From sequence record PX880102.1: a DNA stretch of 64,000 bases; one strand, 5' to 3'. Within the stretch, counting starts at the first letter, position 1. Each line of letters begins with the position of its first letter. Below the pieces are notes generated by a model. That model was not told where the DNA came from. It did no database searches and saw nothing but the letters and a program-made list of their open reading frames with translations. Below, one piece after another: positions 57,171-64,000 of this stretch. The position numbers and the translations under genes were made by a program. The stretch comes from a phage.

Positions 57171-60100
57171 CAGTAAAAGCACCTTCAGTCACTAGTCTCA
57201 GAATTTCCAAGTTATCCGCAAATCAGGTGCAAGTACGCTGGGATGACGTTGGTGCTAATTTCTACTATTTTGTAGAAATCGCTGAGACAAAAACAGACTC
57301 GGGGGAAAATCTCCCGAGTGATCAATACCGTTGGATTAACTTAGGATATACTGCAAATAACAGCTTCTTTTTTGATGATGCTGACCCATTGACATCATAT
57401 GTTATTAGAGTAGCTACAGCTGCACAAGATTTTGAGCAGTCTGATTGGATTTATACCGAAGAGTTTGAAACTTTTGCTACAAATGCTTATACATTTCAAA
57501 ACATGATTGAAATGCAATTAGCCAATAAATTCATTCAGGAAAAATTTACTCTTAATAATTCTAACTATGTTAATTTTAATAATGACACTATAATGGCTGC
57601 ATTGATGAATGAATCATTTCAATTCAGCCCATCATACGTTGATGTTTCATCAATAAGTAATTTTATTATTGGTGAAAATGAATATCATGAAATACAAGGT
57701 TCTATTCAGCAAGTATGTAAGGATATTAACCGAGTTTATTTGATGGAATCAGAAGGGATTTTATACCTTTTTGAGCGCTATCAACCTGTAGTTAAAGTAT
57801 CCAATGATAAAGGACAAACTTGGAAAGCTGTAAAGCTCTTCAATGACCGTGTAGGATATCCTTTATCTAAGACAGTATATTACCAATCTGCGAACACAAC
57901 ATACGTTCTAGGATACGACAAGATTTTCTATGGCCGCAAATCGACTGATGTTAGATGGTCAGCTGATGATGTCAGATTTAGTTCTCAGGATATAACATTC
58001 GCTAAACTTGGCGATCAATTACATTTAGGATTTGATGTAGAAATTTTTGCCACTTACGCGACTTTACCAGCGAATGTATATCGCATTGCAGAAGCTATTA
58101 CTTGCACCGATGATTACATTTACGTTGTCGCCAGAGACAAAGTTAGATACATAAAAACGAGTAATGCACCTATAGATTCTGATCCATTATCTCCAACATA
58201 TTCGGAAAGGCTTTTTGAACCTGATACTATGACTATAACTGGAAATCCTAAGGCAGTATGCTATAAAATGGATTCTATCGGTGATAAAGTTTTTGCTCTT
58301 ATTATTGGTGAAGTTGAAACATTAAATGCTAATCCTAGAACATCAAAAATAATTGATTCTGCTGATAAAGGAATATATGTTTTAAATCATGACACAAAAA
58401 CATGGAAAAGAGTTTTTGGCAACACTGAAGAAGAAAGAAGACGTATTCAACCAGGGTATGCGAATATGTCAACTGACGGTAAATTAGTTTCGCTATCTTC
58501 GAGTAATTTTAAATTTTTAAATGATAATATTGTTAATGACCCTGAAACTGCATCAAAATACCAGTTAATCGGTGCCGTTAAATATGAATTTCCTCGTGAA
58601 TGGTTAGCTGATAAGCATTATCATATGATGGCATTTATAGCAGATGAAAAATCTGATTGGGAAACTTTTACGCCTCAGCCAATGAAATACTATGCAGAAC
58701 CATTCTTTAATTGGTCTAAAAAATCTAACACACGATGTTGGATAAACAACTCTGATAGAGTTGTAGTAGTTTATGCTGATTTAAAATACACTAAAGTTAT
58801 TGAAAATTTTCCAGAAACATCTCCAGACAGATTAGTTCATGAATACTGGGATGACGGCGATTGCACTATAGTAATGCCAAATGTTAAATTCACTGGATTT
58901 AAAAAATATGCATCTGGGATGCTTTTTTATAAAGCCTCCGGTGAAATTATTTCTTACTATGATTTTAATTATCGTGTTAGAGATACAGTAGAAATTATTT
59001 GGAAGCCAACTGGAGTATTTTTAAAGGCATTTTTACAAAACCAAGAACATGAAACTCCTTGGTCGCCTGAAGAAGAGCGTGGATTAGCTGACCCTGATTT
59101 AAGACCATTAATTGGCACAATGATGCCTGATTCTTATTTGTTGCAGGATTCGAATTTTGAAGCATTTTGCGAAGCATATATTCAATATCTTTCTGATGGA
59201 TATGGAACTCAGTATAACAATTTACGAAATTTAATTCGTAACAAATATCCACGAGAAGAGCATGCATGGGAATATTTGTGGTCAGAGATATATAAAAGAA
59301 ACATTTATTTAAATGCTGACAAACGTGATGCTGTCGCAAGATTTTTCGAATCACGCAGCTATGATTTTTATTCTACTAAAGGAATTGAAGCATCATACAA
59401 ATTTCTTTTTAAAGTTCTTTATAATGAAGAAGTTGAAATTGAAATCGAATCTGGGGCTGGTACTGAATATGATATAATTGTTCAATCTGATTCTTTGACC
59501 GAAGACTTAGTAGGACAAACGATTTATACAGCTACAGGAAGATGTAATGTTACTTATATAGAAAGAAGCTATTCTAATGGTAAATTGCAATGGACCGTAA
59601 CTATTCATAATCTTTTGGGAAGATTAATTGCTGGTCAAGAAGTTAAAGCAGAAAGACTTCCTAGTTTTGAAGGCGAAATTATTCGTGGAGTTAAAGGAAA
59701 GGATTTGCTTCAAAATAATATAGACTATATTAATAGAAGTCGATCATATTATGTAATGAAAATTAAATCCAATTTGCCTTCTTCCCGCTGGAAATCTGAC
59801 GTTATTCGTTTTGTTCATCCAGTAGGATTTGGATTTATAGCAATTACCCTTTTAACGATGTTTATTAATGTTGGTTTAACTCTTAAACATACAGAGACTA
59901 TAATTAATAAATACAAAAACTACAAATGGGATTCTGGATTGCCTACTGAATATGCTGATAGAGTAGCTAAATTGACTCCGACTGGTGAAATTGAGCATGA
60001 TTCGGTAACAGGCGAAGCAATTTATGAGCCTGGCCCAATGGCTGGTGTAGAATATCCTCTTCCTGATGACTATAATGCTGAAAATAACAATTCAATATTT

Positions 60101-60265
60101 CAAGGTCAATTGCCGTCTGAACGACGCAAATTAATGAGTCCTCTATTTGACGCATCTGGAACAACATTTGCGCAATTTAGAGATTTAGTTAATAAACGTC
60201 TAAAAGATAATATAGGAAATCCAAGAGACCCTGAAAATCCAACACAGGTTAAAATAGATGAATGA
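57167..60265 (+). CDS. 7: Baseplate wedge protein gp7
   Basis: 1032 aa as in T4; synteny. Confidence 0.93.
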   Translation: MTVKAPSVTSLRISKLSANQVQVRWDDVGANFYYFVEIAETKTDSGENLPSDQYRWINLGYTANNSFFFDDADPLTSYVIRVATAAQDFEQSDWIYTEEFETFATNAYTFQNMIEMQLANKFIQEKFTLNNSNYVNFNNDTIMAALMNESFQFSPSYVDVSSISNFIIGENEYHEIQGSIQQVCKDINRVYLMESEGILYLFERYQPVVKVSNDKGQTWKAVKLFNDRVGYPLSKTVYYQSANTTYVLGYDKIFYGRKSTDVRWSADDVRFSSQDITFAKLGDQLHLGFDVEIFATYATLPANVYRIAEAITCTDDYIYVVARDKVRYIKTSNAPIDSDPLSPTYSERLFEPDTMTITGNPKAVCYKMDSIGDKVFALIIGEVETLNANPRTSKIIDSADKGIYVLNHDTKTWKRVFGNTEEERRRIQPGYANMSTDGKLVSLSSSNFKFLNDNIVNDPETASKYQLIGAVKYEFPREWLADKHYHMMAFIADEKSDWETFTPQPMKYYAEPFFNWSKKSNTRCWINNSDRVVVVYADLKYTKVIENFPETSPDRLVHEYWDDGDCTIVMPNVKFTGFKKYASGMLFYKASGEIISYYDFNYRVRDTVEIIWKPTGVFLKAFLQNQEHETPWSPEEERGLADPDLRPLIGTMMPDSYLLQDSNFEAFCEAYIQYLSDGYGTQYNNLRNLIRNKYPREEHAWEYLWSEIYKRNIYLNADKRDAVARFFESRSYDFYSTKGIEASYKFLFKVLYNEEVEIEIESGAGTEYDIIVQSDSLTEDLVGQTIYTATGRCNVTYIERSYSNGKLQWTVTIHNLLGRLIAGQEVKAERLPSFEGEIIRGVKGKDLLQNNIDYINRSRSYYVMKIKSNLPSSRWKSDVIRFVHPVGFGFIAITLLTMFINVGLTLKHTETIINKYKNYKWDSGLPTEYADRVAKLTPTGEIEHDSVTGEAIYEPGPMAGVEYPLPDDYNAENNNSIFQGQLPSERRKLMSPLFDASGTTFAQFRDLVNKRLKDNIGNPRDPENPTQVKIDE

Positions 60266-61262
60266 TTCAAGTGTTATCTATCGTGCGATAGTTACTTCAA
60301 AATTTAGAACAGAAAAAATGTTGAATTTTTATAATTCAATTGGAAGTGGTCCGGATAAAAACACTATCTTTATCACATTTGGAAGATCAGAACCGTGGTC
60401 ATCAAATGAAAATGAGGTGGGCTTTGCTCCACCTTATCCAACTGATTCTGTATTAGGTGTAACTGACATGTGGACTCATATGATGGGAACTGTAAAGGTT
60501 CTTCCATCTATGCTTGATGCAGTTATTCCTCGTAGAGATTGGGGAGATACTAGATATCCGGATCCATACACATTTAGAATTAACGATATTGTAGTGTGTA
60601 ACTCAGCTCCTTACAATGCTACTGAATCAGGCGCAGGCTGGTTAGTATATCGCTGTTTAGATGTTCCTGATACCGGAACGTGTTCAATAGCATCTTTAAC
60701 TAATAAGGATGAATGTCTTAAGTTAGGTGGAAAATGGACTCCTTCTGTTAGGTCAATGACTCCTCCTGAAGGTCGAGGAGACGCTGAAGGAACAATCGAA
60801 CCCGGCGACGGTTATGTTTGGGAATATCTTTTTGAGATTCCGCCTGATGTATCTATAAATAGATGCACGAATGAATATATCGTAGTTCCTTGGCCTGAGG
60901 AATTAAAAGAAGACCCGGCTAGATGGGGGTATGAAGATAATCTCACTTGGCAACAAGATGATTTTGGATTAATTTACCGTGTTAAGGCAAATACTATCCG
61001 TTTTAAAGCATATTTAGATTCAGTTTACTTTCCTGATGCTGCATTACCAGGAAATAAAGGATTTAGACAAATATCAATAATCACCAATCCTCTTGAAGCT
61101 AAAGTTCATCCAAATGACCCAAACGTTAAAGCTGAAAAGGATTATTATGATCCGGAAGATTTAATGAGGCATTCGGGCGAAATGATTTATATGGAAAATA
61201 GGCCACCTATTATCATGGCAATGGATCAAACAGAAGAAATCAATATTCTGTTTACATTTTAA
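60258..61262 (+). CDS. 8: Baseplate wedge protein gp8
   Basis: 334 aa as in T4; terminator follows. Confidence 0.93.
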   Translation: MNDSSVIYRAIVTSKFRTEKMLNFYNSIGSGPDKNTIFITFGRSEPWSSNENEVGFAPPYPTDSVLGVTDMWTHMMGTVKVLPSMLDAVIPRRDWGDTRYPDPYTFRINDIVVCNSAPYNATESGAGWLVYRCLDVPDTGTCSIASLTNKDECLKLGGKWTPSVRSMTPPEGRGDAEGTIEPGDGYVWEYLFEIPPDVSINRCTNEYIVVPWPEELKEDPARWGYEDNLTWQQDDFGLIYRVKANTIRFKAYLDSVYFPDAALPGNKGFRQISIITNPLEAKVHPNDPNVKAEKDYYDPEDLMRHSGEMIYMENRPPIIMAMDQTEEINILFTF

Positions 61263-61267
61263 ATTAA

Positions 61268-61291
61268 GGGAGCCCATGGGCTCCCTTTTTC
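61268..61291 (+). terminator. Intrinsic terminator downstream of gene 8
   Basis: GGGAGCCC-ATGGGCTCCC hairpin followed by TTTTT on plus strand. Confidence 0.7.
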
Positions 61292-61293
61292 TT

Positions 61294-61301
61294 TATAAAT
61301 A
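61294..61301 (+). promoter_or_regulatory. Late promoter TATAAATA for gene 9
   Basis: Exact TATAAATA between terminator after gene 8 and gene 9 start. Confidence 0.65.
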
Positions 61302-61325
61302 CTATAAACTCATAAGGAAACCGCT

Positions 61326-62192
61326 ATGTTCATTCAAGAACCAAAGAAATTGATTGATACCGGCGAAATTGGTAACGCTTCTACTGGTGATATCTTATTC
61401 GACGGTGGTAATAAAATTAATAGTGATTTTAACGCAATTTATAATGCGTTTGGCGATCAGCGTAAAATGGCAGTAGCAAATGGCACTGGAGCAGATGGCC
61501 AAATTATTCATGCTACTGGATATTATCAAAAACACTCTATTGCAGAGTACGCAACTCCAGTAAAAGTTGGCACTAGGCATGATATTGATACCTCTACTGT
61601 AGGTGTTAAAGTTATCATTGAAAGAGGCGAACTTGGTGACTGCGTTGAATTTATTAACTCAAATGGATCTATATCAGTTACTAATCCTTTAACGATTCAA
61701 GCGATTGATTCAATAAAAGGTGTTTCAGGTAATTTAGTAGTAACTAGTCCATATAGTAAAGTAACTTTACGCTGTATTTCATCTGATAATTCTACGTCTG
61801 TTTGGAATTATTCTATTGAAAGTATGTTTGGACAAAAGGAATCACCAGCTGAAGGTACATGGAATATTTCTACATCCGGGTCAGTTGATATTCCACTATT
61901 TCATCGTACTGAATACAATATGGCTAAATTGCTAGTTACATGCCAATCGGTAGATGGAAGAAAAATTAAAACAGCAGAAATAAATATTCTTGTAGATACC
62001 GTTAATTCAAAGGTCATTTCTTCTGAATATGCTGTCATGCGGGTCGGCAATGAAACCGAAGAAGATGAAATCGCTAATATTGCATTTAGTATTAAAGAAA
62101 ATTATGTAACAGCGACTGTAAGTTCTTCTACTGTTGGCATGAGAGCAGCAGTTAAAGTTATCGCTACGCAGAAAATCGGGGTGGCTCAATAA
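61326..62192 (+). CDS. 9: Baseplate protein gp9 (long tail fiber socket)
   Basis: 288 aa as in T4; late promoter upstream. Confidence 0.93.
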   Translation: MFIQEPKKLIDTGEIGNASTGDILFDGGNKINSDFNAIYNAFGDQRKMAVANGTGADGQIIHATGYYQKHSIAEYATPVKVGTRHDIDTSTVGVKVIIERGELGDCVEFINSNGSISVTNPLTIQAIDSIKGVSGNLVVTSPYSKVTLRCISSDNSTSVWNYSIESMFGQKESPAEGTWNISTSGSVDIPLFHRTEYNMAKLLVTCQSVDGRKIKTAEINILVDTVNSKVISSEYAVMRVGNETEEDEIANIAFSIKENYVTATVSSSTVGMRAAVKVIATQKIGVAQ

Positions 62193-63997
62193 TGAAACAA
62201 AATATTAATATCGGTAATGTTGTAGATGATGGTACCGGTGACTACCTGCGTAAAGGTGGTATAAAAATAAATGAAAACTTTGATGAACTTTATTATGAGC
62301 TTGGTGATGGGAATGTTCCATATTCAGCCGGTGCCTGGAAAACTTATAATGCTTCATCTGGGCAAACACTAACGGCAGAATGGGGAAAATCATACGCTAT
62401 TAATACTTCGTCTGGGAGAGTAACACTACAACTTCCTAAAGGAACTGTTAATGATTACAACAAGGTAATTAGAGCTAGAGACGTATTCGCTACATGGAAC
62501 ATCAATCCAGTTACGCTAGTAGCTGCTTCTGGCGATACGATTAAAGGGTCGTCATCGTCAGTTGAAATTAATATTCAATTTAGTGATTTAGAGCTCGTTT
62601 ATTGCGCTCCAGGACGCTGGGAGTATGTCAAAAATAAGCAAATTGATAAAATTATTAGTTCAGATATTAGTAATGTAGCTCGCAAAGAATTTTTAGTTGA
62701 AGTTCAAGGACAAACTGACTTTTTAGATGTTTTCAATGGAACTAGTTATAATGTCAATAACATCAGAGTAAAACATCGTGGTAACGAATTGTATTACGGC
62801 GATGTATTTAGCGAAAACAGTGACTTTGGCTCTCCGGGCGAAAATGAAGGCGAATTAGTTCCTCTTGATGGATTTAATATTCGATTAAGACAGCCTTGTA
62901 ATATTGGTGACACTGTTCAAATTGAAACATTTATGGATGGTGTATCACAATGGAGAAGTTCATATACAAGACGCCAAATAAAAGTACTGGATTCAAAACT
63001 AACATCAAAGACTTCTTTAGAAGGAAGCATTTATGTTACTGATTTATCGGCGATGAAATCAATTCCATTTTCTGCATTTGGATTAATTCCTGGTGAACCA
63101 ATTAATCCGAACTCTCTTGAGGTTCGTTTTAATGGAATTTTGCAGCAGCAGGCTGGAACAGCTGGATATCCTCTGTTTTTGTGTGAAGGCGCTAATTCAG
63201 ATACGCAAGAAGGATGTATATCTCTTGGTGGCGAATGGAAAGAATCAAACACCGATTATTCTATAGAATATGAAGACGGAAAACCTATCAGTCTTTTATT
63301 TGATAGAAAATTTGAATCCGGTGACATTATCGTTATAACATGGTTCAATAATGATTTAGGAACTCTTTTAGAAAAAGATGACATCATTGAATTGACTGAT
63401 GATCGTTATGTTAGTAAAGGATCATCTACTGAAGTTACTGGTGATGTGGCCTTAACAGATTTTGATAAAATCGGTTGGCCAAATGTTGAAAAAGTTGATT
63501 CTTATACTAGAACGTATAATTCAATATCATCTATTTTCGACAGCATTTATCCTGTTGGTTCAATTTATGAAAATGCTATAAACCCAAATAATCCGGTGAC
63601 TTATATGGGATTTGGTTCATGGAAATTATTTGGTAAAGGACAAGTTTTAGTAGGATGGAATGATGATGTTACGGATCCAAACTTTGCTTTAAACAATAAT
63701 GATTTAGATTCTAGCGGAAATCCTTCACATACGGCAGGTGGAACGGTTGGAACAACATCAGTAACGCTTGAAAACGCAAATCTTCCTGCAACTAAAACCG
63801 ACGAAAGAGTTTTAATTGAAGACGAAAATGGATCGGTTATTATTGGAGGTTGCCAATATGACCCAGATGAAACTGGTCCTATATATACAAAATATCGTGA
63901 AGATTACGCAACAACAAACTCTTCACATACTCCTCCTGCTAATATTAGTAATATTCAACCGTCTATTACTGTATACCGTTGGATAAGGATTGCATAA
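62192..63997 (+). CDS. 10: Baseplate protein gp10 (short tail fiber attachment)
   Basis: 601 aa (T4 about 602); synteny after gene 9. Confidence 0.92.
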   Translation: MKQNINIGNVVDDGTGDYLRKGGIKINENFDELYYELGDGNVPYSAGAWKTYNASSGQTLTAEWGKSYAINTSSGRVTLQLPKGTVNDYNKVIRARDVFATWNINPVTLVAASGDTIKGSSSSVEINIQFSDLELVYCAPGRWEYVKNKQIDKIISSDISNVARKEFLVEVQGQTDFLDVFNGTSYNVNNIRVKHRGNELYYGDVFSENSDFGSPGENEGELVPLDGFNIRLRQPCNIGDTVQIETFMDGVSQWRSSYTRRQIKVLDSKLTSKTSLEGSIYVTDLSAMKSIPFSAFGLIPGEPINPNSLEVRFNGILQQQAGTAGYPLFLCEGANSDTQEGCISLGGEWKESNTDYSIEYEDGKPISLLFDRKFESGDIIVITWFNNDLGTLLEKDDIIELTDDRYVSKGSSTEVTGDVALTDFDKIGWPNVEKVDSYTRTYNSISSIFDSIYPVGSIYENAINPNNPVTYMGFGSWKLFGKGQVLVGWNDDVTDPNFALNNNDLDSSGNPSHTAGGTVGTTSVTLENANLPATKTDERVLIEDENGSVIIGGCQYDPDETGPIYTKYREDYATTNSSHTPPANISNIQPSITVYRWIRIA

Positions 63998-64000
63998 TGA

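Noticed and set aside
58995-59354. 119 aa minus-strand ORF inside gene 7, and similar ORFs inside genes 5, 6 and 10
   Set aside because: Antisense frames within long, confidently assigned late structural genes

Overview
This window is a contiguous segment of a T-even (T4-like, Tequatrovirus) myovirus genome, in the same orientation as the standard T4 map; it is not bacterial chromosome. Identification rests on protein sequences I recognise from memory (e.g. the lysozyme is near-identical to T4 lysozyme, gp43 and gp45 match T4) plus conserved gene order; no database search was run. From 1 to about 52000 an early/middle gene block runs on the minus strand: a partial glycosyltransferase, 42, imm, 43, regA, 62, 44, 45, rpbA, 46, 47, a-gt, 55, nrdH, nrdG, nrdD (no intron), 49, pin, nrdC and the eleven nrdC.x-position ORFs, rI, tk, regB, denV, e, nudE, a hypervariable block, candidate small RNA, ten tRNAs, an HNH endonuclease, ipI, 57B, 57A, 1, 3, 2, 4. 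From about 52000 to the end, late baseplate genes 53, 5, 5.1, 5.4, 6, 7, 8, 9, 10 run on the plus strand. Intergenic regions carry repeated early-promoter plus C(UUCG)G-hairpin cassettes, the gp43 translational operator and late TATAAATA promoters. I do not see an unambiguous novel system. The most interesting departures from T4 as I remember it are an expanded tRNA set (adds Tyr/His/Asn, lacks Gln), an HNH endonuclease abutting the tRNA array, a DxD-type glycosyltransferase at the beta-gt locus, relocated internal-protein genes, and several accessory ORFs (macro-like, Pol-beta-type nucleotidyltransferase, P-loop ATPases, a tandem membrane-protein family). Gene starts are approximate because the ORF track uses alternative start codons.
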